From assembly GCA_049999805.1 (NCBI GenBank), contig JBNGIO010006342.1, forward strand, positions 165,778-229,777: a stretch of DNA of 64,000 nucleotides. Reading direction: 5' to 3'. The notes under the pieces are model-generated. The model was given only the letters and a program-made list of their open reading frames with translations. It was not told where the DNA came from and searched no databases. Positions within the stretch are counted from its first letter, which is position 1. Every line of letters starts with the position of its first letter. This stretch comes from Folioceros fuciformis (lineage: Eukaryota). The position numbers were made by a program, and so were the translations under genes. Positions 1 through 12,410 of the stretch are shown piece by piece.

Positions 1-1486
1 GCAGCATGGGAAGACCGGGGGGAGGGACGAAATAGACGCCTTGCCGGCCGAACCAGAAAAGACCACTTGAGTCACGCCCCCCGACGCGTCAGGGCGAGAG
101 GGACGGTAGCTGCACCCGACTCTCGGGGCCCGGTGGAGAGGTAGGATTAAACCACTCCAACAGTTTTAGACACCTCCCCCCTTCCTTCCTAAGCTGCACC
201 CTTTTATTCCTTTCGATTTCGATTCTGAGACTACATAATACGATCATCTTCACACAAAATTTCTCCACACAAACAATGATCCGAGACGCCAACAAACACC
301 CCTCTCGAGTTGTCTCATGCATCTTACTTATTATTAAGACAACGACCTCTGAGTCCATCACACATGCACTCTTCATTTCCCTAGCAAGCCAGCTTTTGCA
401 AGATCCACAACATTGAAGGGATTAGTTATAACAATTTAAGCAAATGAATAGACTTAAGAAAGAATCAATGTCCAAAAGAGTCCCTAACATAAGATGAAAC
501 ACAATAGTTGAACAATGCTAAACACTAAACAATATCACAATGGAGCACTCGTACATGAACCATCAGAATCTAGATAACACTTTCTGACCAATGAATAACC
601 AAGGCTAATGAACCTATTGCCCAACTCTCTTGCACAACAAGGTTTCTGCTTTGTAGAAGAAGCTCTTTGAATAGGACGACGTGCTGATTGGTCAGAGACT
701 CACACATATACCCATGATGCAATTGAGCTGCAATGTTGCGTAGCAATTCAAGTCATGCCATGCATGAGGGGAAAGCATTCACCCTTTCCAAAAATTGATA
801 AGGTCTTGCTTTAAGGAGGAAATCCACTTATGATGAGCTTTACACACTAGGAACCTCACTGCCAAAAATCTCTTCCCACGCCAATCATTCATATTATACC
901 CTCATCCCTCATAGAGAGACGGAAAGAAATAAAGAAACCGAGTTGCGTATAGCACATCACCATTTGGACTATGGCTTAGTAGTTTAGATCGATAAGCTTG
1001 GAATACAATGTTGCGTAGCCTTTGCAGCTCCAACCACGCCTTCCATATGTTAGTGTAATGTGTTAGCCCATTCAACCAAGCATTGATAGATTCTTCAGTG
1101 GAAAACTCATGAATAGGAGGGAAATTAGATTGCACCCATGAGTTGTTGAGGACAACTTCCATAGTCTACCTGCCAAGGCAGATAGGTCTATCTTTGTCCA
1201 ACTTGTCTTCTTTCATTTGCTTAGCATGTAACTATTACAATAATAGTATCCCTAGAATTAGTTAGGGCACGATTCACTTGATACGAAACGACATGATACT
1301 AAGCGGTTGCATTCGAACGCACCGCTTTACTAGAACACATAACCTGTATAGACCACGAACGTAATTGATTCTCTTGCTTGCACGCTGGTCGGTGGGATGC
1401 ATTGAACATTTCATGGTTTTAGAGCAGGTCGCAATCGCGCACTTGCCATCTTTGCCACTCAATCATGACAAATAAACCTAGCTATC

Positions 1487-1993
1487 ATGCCTAGCTCTAA
1501 AAAGAAAGAGCGCAAGCTTACAAGGGCGGAATTTCAAAGATTCCACAGAGAACAGGCTTTTCTAAAGCAAGCCCATGAGGACCTGCTAGTCTACGCATGG
1601 TCCAGAGTCTATGGTGTTCTTCTCCTCTTAGGGGAAGAGCTACTATTAAGGGGATTTCTAGACCCTACAGAATACGATCTCTCCTACATTCAGGTTTCCT
1701 ATTCATCAACAATGATCAATGAATACACCACATCCTTCGATGTGGTCATCCCCTGCAGCGCCAACTACATCAAACAAAGGATCCACATCCATCTAGACAC
1801 CCTATCTAGAAAGAACAATTTCTTCAGGAATCCTCCACAACCTAAAATCGAAGGATTAGAGATGTCAGTAATCCACAAAATTAACCAACTGCAAAATCCT
1901 AGAAACACCAACAAACCCAAAACAGTGAGAGTTCTACTCACCATGCACCTGGACACTACTTGCCTCCTAAGGAACTCTGTCTTCGAGACATAA
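1487..1993 (+). CDS. Uncharacterised 168-aa ORF immediately upstream of the copia gag, same strand
   Basis: Intact ATG-TAA ORF with a basic N-terminus (SSKKKERK). It ends 70 bp before the gag start and has the same A/C-rich composition as gag. No family recognised. Confidence 0.35.
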   Translation: MPSSKKKERKLTRAEFQRFHREQAFLKQAHEDLLVYAWSRVYGVLLLLGEELLLRGFLDPTEYDLSYIQVSYSSTMINEYTTSFDVVIPCSANYIKQRIHIHLDTLSRKNNFFRNPPQPKIEGLEMSVIHKINQLQNPRNTNKPKTVRVLLTMHLDTTCLLRNSVFET

Positions 1994-2063
1994 GCTAACA
2001 GCAAATAGCCACGCATGTTAGCATTTGCCTACACACACACACAACAGAAATAAGCAACACAAA

Positions 2064-5000
2064 ATGGCAGCCTCCAATATCTCACTATCCAAGGAGCATA
2101 GATTTGATGGGCAGCAACATAGCTTCCGCATGTGGAAGTTCAGAATCACAAATATCCTCAAAGAGAGGAAGCTCTAGGAGTTCGTAGGAGGAGTCAGGTC
2201 ACCATCTATAATCACAACACGCCCCTCAGGTCCCAACGCCATAGATGCTCAAAAGGAAGTGTGGGATGACAAAAACTAGCAAGCGAAAAGTGTCATCATG
2301 CAAGGCATGAATTTAGAAAATGTACAGCAGTTGGAAGGGACAAAAACAGCCGCGCAAGCATGGCAACAGCTCCATGACGTATACGTTGCAACAGACATCA
2401 TGCACATAGTTCACATTATCAAAAAAAAATTCTCTCTAAGAATGTCAAAAACTGACCAAGTGGACGCACATACCATACTATTTAGGAGCTGGAATGCTAA
2501 GTTCCAATCATGCGGCTTCACCATCTCTGAAGATTTAATAGCAGAAATACTGCTATCCACTCTACCTGAATCATGGACCTCCGTATTCCAATCCCTACAA
2601 GGTGCAGCCCCACTCACGGTTAACAAAGTGATCAGTGCAATGTTGAGAGAAGAAGCAAGGAGAAAAGTATTCGCTACCTCCTTCGGCGGAGAATTGTCAA
2701 GTGTAGTCTGCTTCACAGGTAGAGGTAGAGCTCGAGGTCATGGCCGACCCAGCTATAGAGGTCAACAGCAACACAAGGGCAGAGGTTCTTATTTTAGAGG
2801 ACGTGGCAGCTTCAACCCAAGTTGGAGAAAAATATGCAGCTACTGCAAGATTCCGGGCCACACCTATGAGGAGTGCCGGAAACGCATGGCAGACAACAAT
2901 CAAAGAAGAGACAGAGGAGAAGCATCAGGCCAGTTAGCTTTAACCATGAAAAGACATTTAAAGGCATTCCTATGCCTACAAAACACCAAGTCAAACTCAT
3001 CACCATCAGCCCTGGTTGCCTCATGCCTAACTGCTCCAGGCCAGCACTCCTGGTACATAGACTCAGGGGCGTCACAGCATATGACCCCACATCGAGAATA
3101 CTTCAAAGACTTCACACCCTCTAAGCCTTCTCATTTCGTTAGCCTGGTGATGACACAAGGCACACCATAGAAGGACACGGATCAATGGACTTAAACCTAA
3201 AGCCAAGAAGCACACTCCAAATTTCAGACGTCCTACTCGTTCCAGAACTAATCAAAAACCTATTTTCAGTCCGTAAAATTGATGATTCTAGCTGCTATGT
3301 GTGTTTTGGACAAGGCCACTACATTGTGGAGACACCTCAAGGACAGCTAGTCGCCACTGGAGACCTCAAGAACGATGACCTGTATCATCTCAACATGGAC
3401 AGAAGTCATAACCCCGTTCTTTCATTATCTGCCGCAGCCAAGCACAACAAATCATATTTATGGCATGCAAGACTTGGCCATATGGAGGTACAAAGGATGA
3501 AACAAATGCTTACAGCAGGCGTAGCAAAAGGCATTACACTCACCAATGTGGAGGAGTTCGGCATCTGTGAGGCATGCTCACGTGGGAAGAGCCACCGTAC
3601 TCCTTTCCCTAAATCCACCAGCAGATCCGCAAGACGACAGGAGTTAGCACACTCAAACATTTTGTGGACCCTTCAAGAGATCCATTCCGGATACTTATAT
3701 TTCATGTTGGTCATAGACGACATGAGCAGGTCCACCGTCCTGTATCTGCTAAAGCACAAATCTCAAGCCCCCACCTGCTTCCAAGAATACGCAGTTTGGG
3801 CTGAAACACAAACAGGAGAGAAACTCCTAACACTCCGTTCAGATGGAGGAGGAGAATATGGATCCAATGCCTTCCACACATGGCATTAATAGACAGGTGA
3901 CCACACCTCACACCTCTCAGTAGAACGGGGTGTCAGAACATATGAACAGAATTGTCCAAGATTATGGATTTACCATGCTGATCCTTGCCAACCTGCCCAA
4001 GACATACTGGCCAGAAGCAATGGCCCATGCAGTTTACCTCATCAACAGATTTGTAACGGCTACTTTGCCACAACAAACTCCTTACGAAGCATGGACGGGA
4101 CACAAGCCTGATCTATCCAACCTCAGAGTGTTCGGCTCTCCCGTGTATGCACATGTACCTAAAGCCACACGAACCAAGTTAGAGGATCGTGCACGTAAAC
4201 ACATCTTTATCGGCTTCACCAACGGCATTAAAGGGCTTCAAAATCATGCACCCATAGACTCACAAAGTGACCCATTCACGAGATGTCACTTTTTTAAAAG
4301 ATATGCAGGGCTCAATTGCAGAGGGGGCATCCAACCTCCCTACAAATCATGCAGACAGCGACGACGATATTTCCATGGGAACAGCTCCTCTTGCACAACC
4401 CTCACCACAGCCAAATCAAGCAAAACCTGTCCAACCTACGCACAACAGCCTGCCCAACCAGTTCCCAATCTCCATCACCAACCCGTACCTGTAGACTCTT
4501 TCACCTTCGACGATTTCGACAAGGAGGAGCTAGCCTCCTCAATTGCATCGCAGCCTGCAGCCTCTAGCCTTGGCCATCGCCCACAATCTGCAGGAGGAGA
4601 CAGCAGTGCGGAGGACGACCCCTTCGGCATTGGCAGTCCGGAGGACCAGACCTCCATCCTCAGCACCAGAGCATGAAGATGGATGCATCTTCCCGCTCTC
4701 AACGCAGAGGTGTTTCAGGCTCAGGACACAGCGCTCATCTCAGGCCACACAACTCACAAGACGAGGATAACACACACGTGGATGGATATGAGGCTCGGCA
4801 CACGATCACAATGTACGAGTGCAGGTACCATATGGAGGTATTCTCCATCCAATTGGAGGGACCCTAAAATGAATTTAGCTCATTGCTTATCTATGGCTAT
4901 TGATCAATTTGTACTTGCAACTTATCATGAGGCTATTACATGTCCTGAAAGCGAAAATTGGAAAATTGCTATTAAATCAAAAGTGGACTCACTTAGGGCT

Positions 5001-6700
5001 AACAAAACTTAGACTCTCACCACTTTACCTCCAGACACAAAATTAGTGGGCTCGAAATGGACATTTAAGATCAAGCTTAACGTTGACAGCAGCATAGAGA
5101 GGTATAAGGCAAGGTTAGTAGCTAAGGGCTATTCTCAACAACACGGGTTTGACTATGATAAAACGTTCAGCTTGGTACTCAAGATTACATCACTTAAGAC
5201 CCTTATAGCATTAGCCTCTCACCATGATTATGAGCTCATGCAACTGGATATAAAACTTGCCTTCCTATACGGTGACCTACAACACACTATATATATGGAG
5301 ATACTTGAGGGGATTAAGGTCAACAGACGACTATACAATGCATTCAAATTATTGAAAGCACTTTATGGACTCAAACAAAGTGCTATGGAGTGGTACTCTA
5401 AGTTAGATGAAGCCTTAGAGGCCTTAGGGTTTACCAAACTAGACTCCGATAGCAACATGTATACTAGAAAATCAGATAATTGTTTTATTCTACTTGCTGT
5501 ATATGTAGACGATATTGTTCTAATGTCTAACTCCAAACCCATGCTAGAAGAGACTAGATCAATGCTTTCGAAGCGTTTTGCTATGAGCACTTGCAGGGAT
5601 TTATCTTATTGTTTAGGCATTCAAATAGTTAGACACAGGCCTAGAAGTATATTTATACATCAATCTAAATATATTCAAGAAGTTTTAACTAAGTACAAGA
5701 TGCAAGACTCTAAGCCTATATCCACACCAATGGAAGTTAACCTTAAGCTGATTAAGGTAGATCGAGACACAACTCTAGATCCTAACATGAATAGGGTACC
5801 CTACTCTTCAGCAGTTGGAAGTGTAGGGTTATTAAAGCCCAATGTGCCTAGACTAATGTGTTTAGTCTAAGATTAGTGTCTAGTTAAGTATCATTAGTTT
5901 AGATTAGCTTAAGCTAATCTCAAGGAAGCTTCTTGTTCAGCTTCCTGTGGGCTTCTTGTGAAGCTTCCTAGGGAGCTCTTCTAGAGGGTATAAATACCCA
6001 CTTGAGCTCTCTTGTATGTGTGATTCTATTGTGAGAGTGTGACCTCTCTTTTCCTCTCCTCCTTGCCTCCTCCTCTCCTCTCCTTCACCATGTAGCTCCT
6101 AGAGCGTTCGTTCAGGAAGCCTTATGTATTTAATGGTCTGCTCTAGACCAGACCTTGCTTTTCTAGTGGGAGCACTCTCTCAGTTTTTATCATCTCCCAC
6201 ACAAGAACATTGGAAGGCTATTAAGCGCATATTTAGATATCTTAGATCTACTTCAGATATGGGACTCCTATACCAATCCTCTGCTAAGAAAGATGAGCAC
6301 CTTCAGCTTCAAGGATATAGTGACACTGATTGGGCAGGGGACAAGGACGTTAGAAAGAGCATAAGCAGCTATGTATATTTGCTCAGAGGCACAGCCACGA
6401 GTTGGAGCAGCAACCGGCAACAGGTGATTGCTCTAAGCTCCACGGAAGCAAAATATTGCTCCTTGACACATGCTTGCAAAGAAGGACTATAGCAACTCCT
6501 ACAACGATCGGAATTAGGAGAAGCTCAGCATCTTCCAAGACCCCTCTACTATGACAACCAGGGAGCTATCTCGCTTACCTATAGCACTAAGTACCATGCG
6601 CGTACCAAACACATAGAGGTACAATTTCATTTTATCCGGAAAGTAGTAAAGGACGGAAAATTTGAAGTCCTATATTGGCCGACCGAACAAATGACAGCTG
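2064..6700 (+). mobile_element. Degenerate Ty1/copia gag-pol (copia-1), 3' truncated in RNase H, no LTRs found
   Basis: Gag N-terminus FDG..FRMWKFRITNILKERKL from 2064; CCHC knuckle CSYCKIPGHTYEEC; protease WYIDSGASQHM; LWHARLGH pre-integrase; integrase [31 protein letters not shown]; RNase H GYSDTDWAG..SSTEAKY..KHIEVQFHFIR. Several stops and frameshifts. Confidence 0.95.
5822..6114 (+). mobile_element. Solo LTR (293 bp, TG...CA) inserted in the copia-1 RT, TSD GGAAG
   Basis: GGAAG at 5817-5821 and 6115-6119. Removing the insert restores PYSSAVGS-LMYLMVCSRPD. It is the reverse complement homologue of the copia-2 LTRs and contains a TATAAATA box. Confidence 0.93.
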
Positions 6701-7249
6701 AGAGTTCCAAGAAGGATACCAAGTTGGCTGATGTGTTGTGGAATAAAATGGGGTAACATTCCGGTGATGTGGAAGATACTATTAGAAAACAGTTAGTCAA
6801 AGCAACTTCAGGTGAGGAACATTTGGTTGTACTTCTTGTAATGGCTGGCAAACCCAACGAGATATATGTTGGGAGGGGTATAGCTCATATTCCTTGCTTT
6901 GTCCCTTGTGTGGTAGAAAGTTTGTTTTATGCTTATAATATAATATTTTATTTAAGATATTTTAAAAATATAAAATAGTCAGAAAGTAGCATGCCACCAA
7001 ACACAAAAATATCCAAACGGAGCAAATATGGTGGTGCCCATGCCATCGATATTGGAGCTTTTATTATTATTTTTCCAGTTTTTCAGGTTCCTCGATGTGC
7101 GAGCTCGTGTCTCGTTCGTGCCCATTTGCATCGAAACCTCCAGCCTTTCCCAATTTCTCCGTCAGCCTGTCGTTTCGAGAAAACGATATAAACTACCCAG
7201 GACCCGGTTTATAGATCGATCATTGCAAATGACAGAGTTTTTGAGACGA

Positions 7250-8160
7250 GTTTCGATTCTCCTGAGTGTTCATGATTCAGAACTAAGGACACTGCGCAAG
7301 GCTTGCCTGACAGTTTGAAGCCTTCTGTCTGTCTTGATCTGTGTGTTGGCTCATTGGCAGACTTGGGTGTTGTTAGAGCCCTGGCTTGTGTATCGACTTG
7401 AGGTTGCCCACCGTTGGTCTTTCAGTGTCGACTCCAAGGGCAGGAATCAAGCGTTCCAGTCCTGCCTGTTGCGCTTGAATCGGGTTAGAATAGACGGTGT
7501 GTGAAAGGTTGGGATGTTGCAATCGTGATGTCCATACTCATGGGGGCTCTTGCAGAGTGCAGAGAGCTGAGTGCTGTGCTGAGACTGTGTGCAACTGTAC
7601 AAAAAACATGTTGCCTTCAAGCTGTTTGTTTCTTCTAGCTTTGTCGAATGGTGATGGTAGGTGGAGACCACCTGATCACAGCAAAGGCCATTGCAGCTGA
7701 ATGTGGGATCCTTACAGAGTGGGAAAGCTACTGAGGGCAAACTGTTCAGAGCCATGGAGGTTCATTACCAACAGGCAAGTCCGCAATCGATCCAGGTAGG
7801 TTGCTGTAAGCGGAGTTCTTTTGGTCTTAAGGTGGGGGAGAGAGTGGCTCTGACTGCTCATGGCACAAATCATGCGCCTGCACGTCCACGCGGTCCTGTC
7901 CTGGCCGACTGAATCTGTCCAGCCCGAACGTGTGAGTCACAATGGGCAAACCGGTTGCACTTCGAGGTTCCTCCGTGCTTAGGACAGCAGGCTCCTGTTG
8001 GCAAGGATCCATTGGATTAGCAACGGGTGTGGATATGGCCAGAACGCAGGTTGCCAAAGCAAGCTCGACATGTGTCACCGTCTTAAATGTGAATTTGGCT
8101 TCCATTGTGAACGGCGGGGAAAGGTTAGGAAGGAAGTTTGAATACGTGAATGTGGGACCT
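7250..8160 (+). pseudogene. Highly decayed fragment of a P2B Ca2+-ATPase (ACA-like) cytoplasmic region
   Basis: Collinear motifs in shifting frames: ELRTL; RMVMVGGDHLITAKAIAAECGILT; EGKLFR; GERVALTAHGTNHAPA; IGLATGVDMARTQVAKASS..VLNVNLASIV. Compare ACA consensus RMVTGDNxxTAKAIAxECGIL, VAVTGDGTNDAPAL, IGLAMGIAGTEVAKES. Confidence 0.65.
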
Positions 8161-8584
8161 TCAGTCCGACCACACACACGGCGCCATGGGCTCTGGAGGG
8201 TTCAAATCTGGGTATCCACATCCACGGCCTTGAGAACAGTCGGGTATTCCACAACGCCGAGGAGTCCCTGAATCCGGATAACACAAGGAATGGTCTGAAA
8301 ATTCCCCGACAGTACAGCGATCCGGCCACGGAGGCGCAAGCACGGAGTGGCAAGAAGCTGCTGGTGTGGAAGGGGATGACGCGGGAGAAGTAAAGGGGGG
8401 CAGGCTGTGACCGAGATGGCCACTCTGTTTTCAAGTCCGTTACGAACCAGACAGGACAGTCTTGCCTTGCCATCATCCGCTTTCCTTTTGCTTTCTTGCC
8501 GTTTCACCCGCCCTCCAGGCACAACCATCTCTCCCACGAGGCGTCACAAGCAGCATGTGCGCGACCAAGGCGGGCAGAACGCAG

Positions 8585-10734
8585 GTATATACTGTGTAAG
8601 GGCGAGCCACGATTCCCTATTCCGATCCCCCACACTATTCCCAATGGATCCCAACCGTCCTGAAAGAAAAGCCCAACCCCTGTGGCCGCCATCCACAGCA
8701 CAAAGACGTGCTAGATCCATACATATCCGCAGCAGCACGGCCAACAGCACACATTGACCAGGACATGCACCCGCCGTGGATGGCACCGCTTCCCTCCCTG
8801 GACTATTATGCACACACGTCCCATCCGCACAGAAGGCAGGGCTAGTTCAAGTTCAACCCCACACCAACGACAGTACGTACACACTCACTTTACCACTGAA
8901 CCCTGTCCCCACAACTCCAGCTGGACCAATGACAGCACAGCCACATCCCAGGCTCGCTCGTGTCATCCACAGCCGACGGCATGCGAGCCTGTCCACCTGC
9001 CCTGTCTGCTTGCCTGCCTCTGCCTCTGACTGTGCCTGCCTGTCCGTCCGTCCGCCCGCAGAATATACACATCCAATCCCGCAGCCCTGCCCCAGCCTGT
9101 CCAATGAACTGAAACCCCTAGCTAGCCCGCTCTATCTCTATCTTGCGCCAGCAAGAGGGGTGTCCGGTCTAGTGTCAAACCGGCTGTTCCTCTCGCAACC
9201 TGCAGCTTGTGCGCCTTCCCAACAACCCGCCATGACTGCTCCTCACCAAACCCCAGCGAAACCCGCTGCGGCTCCCGCTCCCGCTTCCGCTCCCGCACCT
9301 GGCCAGCATATGCCCCTGGCAGGATCCCAGGCGCGTGCCAGTTGGGACCCGGTCGTGATAAAGTCGTGAATCGTGACACCCTCTTACAGCACGCTCGCAG
9401 AGTCGCGTCCCATCACATGCATTCATCGCTTCTCCCACGCAGCGCCTTCTATCGCCACTCCGCCACGCTCGACGTCGTCCGAGAGAGAGGCGGGCCCGGA
9501 TCCTGTCCTGTCCTCTGTTCTCGTCTCCGCGCCTCTGCGCCTTCGCCTCTCCACAGAAGAAGCTGTCAGGCCGATTGCCCGATCGGGCCGATCCCACTCC
9601 AGCCAGCCTCTCCATCGTTACCGCCCCGTGTCGGTCGCCCGGATATGCCGCATACGGGGCGTGGATATCCCCTGTCCCACTTACGCACTACAGACTGCAC
9701 ATACGGTACATACTGGTACGAATCCCCGACTCGCGGTGTCGGTTCTCCCCGCTCGCTACATACTTACGCACTTCACAGTTGTGCTTCACCCTCCCTGGAT
9801 GGAGCTCAGGGGGCAGGGTTAGGTTCCCCGACGATGCTTAGCGGCGATGGCGACAAAATCACCCCGACTGGCAGCATCTTGAGGCGGAGCTGCTAATCAG
9901 GCCGCAGGTTTCGAGGAAGCAGCCGCGGCGCCGCCTTGGGATGCTGTTCCTCATCAACCAAACCCTGTGCACCAGCCGCTCTTCTGCTGCTGGATATAAC
10001 CGAGGATATGCGGCTGCGAACGCCGCTTCCCACCATCATCGGACACACAAACGAACACAGTCCAGTCTAGTCTGGTCTGGTCTGGTCTGGTCTTGCCTGG
10101 CCCTGGCCCCCGTCCGGTCTGCATTCCATTACATTCCATGCCACTCCCTTCACGCTTCTGTTGTACTTACCTAAAATCCAAGTGTGGAGTCCAGGAAGTC
10201 CTGAGACACCATGTAACAACTGTTGTTTAGTCTGCTCCACTTGGCGCGACACAAATATCTCTGTCCACCACCATTGGACAGGCTTCTTCAGGGCCAGGCG
10301 CGAGGCGGAGCTCGTCTCCACTGGTGCGCAAGTCACAGTGCAGCAGCAAAGCATATGCGGCGGCTCGTACGGGACGAGCTTGGGGGGACTTCATGGGAGG
10401 CAAAAAAAGGCATTTAGAAAAGTCTCCATCGACCCCGTCGCAAGGACAATGCGCATACAGTAAGTATGTACTCCATGTGTAGGGAGTTGGGCTACGGAGG
10501 GTAGAGTAAAGGTGGGTAGGCGGATATGATGAGCGAGCGATGCCGCGGAGGCGCGGATCGGATATCCGCAGCATCAGGGAACCGGGTGACCGGGCAGAGT
10601 GATTGGGAGACCGGAATATGCCGCCTGTTTGCCGTATATTATTACCGTACAGGGAGCAAGCTGGGCGAGCCCCACAGAATATTCTGGCGCAAGGCAGGAA
10701 GCTGGAAAATTAACCGACTAAGGATAGGATATTC
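8585..10734. promoter_or_regulatory. Cluster of 11 P1BS (GNATATNC, PHR1-binding) motifs upstream of SPX
   Basis: Matches starting at 8585, 9061, 9306, 9641, 9663, 10004, 10351, 10560, 10614, 10677 and 10727, upstream of a gene family known to be PHR-induced. Confidence 0.75.
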
Positions 10735-10977
10735 GGGTTATGCTGCTGCAGATGCTGGAGTCGCGGTGCTCTGCTCTTTATGCAGCGCCTGGAAGACTAA
10801 TGTATGTACTCTGCACCGAACTCGCCAATCGCGCCCGCCTGGCCTTGCGAATCGGGTGCTTCAGCTTCTCCTGGCGAGAGTGTGGGGGTGAGGAGGCTGG
10901 GCTGCGCTGCGCTGCCCTGCGCTGCGCTGCACTGCTCGCTCGTTCTTGCCCGGGTCTGTGGGCCAGGGACTCCGAGG

Positions 10978-12410
10978 ATGAAGTTCGGGAAGCAGCTCAA
11001 GATTCATTTGGAGGAGACGCTGCCGGAGTGGCGGGATAAGTTCGTGGCGTACAAGAAGCTCAAGAAGCGGCTGAAGCTGCTCAAATCCGCGCCTGATTGC
11101 TTTGCGGAGGTGGCTTTCATCCCCGCGGACGAGGCGCTGGACTCGGACGTGGCTAAGGTGGACAGCAGGCTGCGGAACGGGAGCGAGATTGGACACTATG
11201 AGAACGGGCTGCGCTTGCCCGGGGTGCTGGAGTCCAGGGGGAAGAGGCGGCGGATAGACCTGGGGTCCCGGGCCGGGTCGGGCTCCGTCTCCGGCTCCGG
11301 GTCCTTGTCCGGGTCTGCGTGCNNNNNNNNNNNNNNNNNNNNNNNNNNNNNNNNNNNNNNNNNNNNNNNNNNNNNNNNNNNNNNNNNNNNNNNNNNNNNN
11401 NNNNNNNNNNNNNNNNNNNNNNGTGGCGGGGTTGGAGCGGAGTGCGGGTGCGTCCGAGGACCAGATGGAGTTTGTGAGCTTGTTGAACGCGGAGTTGGAC
11501 AAGTTCAACGCCTTCTTTGTTGAGAAGGAGGAGGATTATGTCATCAAGTTGAAGGTAAATCGAGTGCGGTTGCTAGAGTTAGGGTGGTTGTCAATGTGGC
11601 TGGGGCTTCTTGTTTGTGTCGAAGGTGGTTGGCCGTTGGTGTCAGCATGTTTTCTTTGCTGATTTCGTGATGTGGATGGTTCAGGAACTGAAGGAGAGGA
11701 CCAAACGGTTCAGGAAGCAGACGGCGAACCGGACGGAGTTGTCAGAGGAGGAGGTGAAGGAGATGACCACTATCTACACCGATATGATTGCGTTCCATGG
11801 AGAGATGGTGCTGTTGGAGACCTACAGTTCTCTTAACTACACGGGTTTGGTGAAGATTCTCAAAAAACACGATAAGTGGACCGGCGGGGTGTTGCGGATG
11901 CCTTTCATACAGATGGTCTTGCATCAGCCGTTTTTCACTACCGAGCTCTTGTCTCAGCTTGTTAAGGACTGTGAGAGCAATCTGTCATCCTTCTTTCCAC
12001 CGCAGCCTCAGGGGGAGCCTCAGGTTCAGGTCCCTGCACAGGCTGGTGCGGATCAGGGTGTGGAAAGCCCTATGGCGGTTAATACTCCCGACAGTGACTA
12101 TGGGCTGCACGGCGCCAACTCCCCGGCGGTAGAGGATACGGCATCCAAAGGGCCTGTTGATGGACGTGGCGATGGGTGGCTCCCGTTGGGTGATAACCTG
12201 GATGGGGTTTACAGAAGCGCGGTGGCTGCTCTCAAGACTATAAAAGATATACGCAGGGGAAGCTCGACCTACAGCTACTTGTCCATGCCGCCACTTGATC
12301 CCGTGGATGGCGATGACACCTTTGGGGTAGTGATCAACGAGCAGGTACATAGGGAGTCTCCGACACCGTGCAGAACTGTGGCTTCTTCAGTCCCTGTGTC
12401 GCAAGACTAG
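10978..12410 (+). CDS. SPX: SPX-domain-only protein (SPX1-4 class phosphate sensor). Exons 10978-11554 (N gap 11323-11422) and 11685-12410.
   Basis: MKFGKQL..TLPEWRDKFVAYKKLKKRLK; LNAELDKFNAFFVEKEEDYVI; FHGEMVLLETYSSLNYTGLVKILKKHDK..VLHQPFFTTE; IRRGSSTYS. GT-AG intron 11555-11684. Confidence 0.95.

Noticed and set aside
8776-9896. Overlapping 150-230-aa ORFs upstream of SPX
   Set aside because: Low-complexity GC-rich sequence open in several frames, with no recognisable domain.
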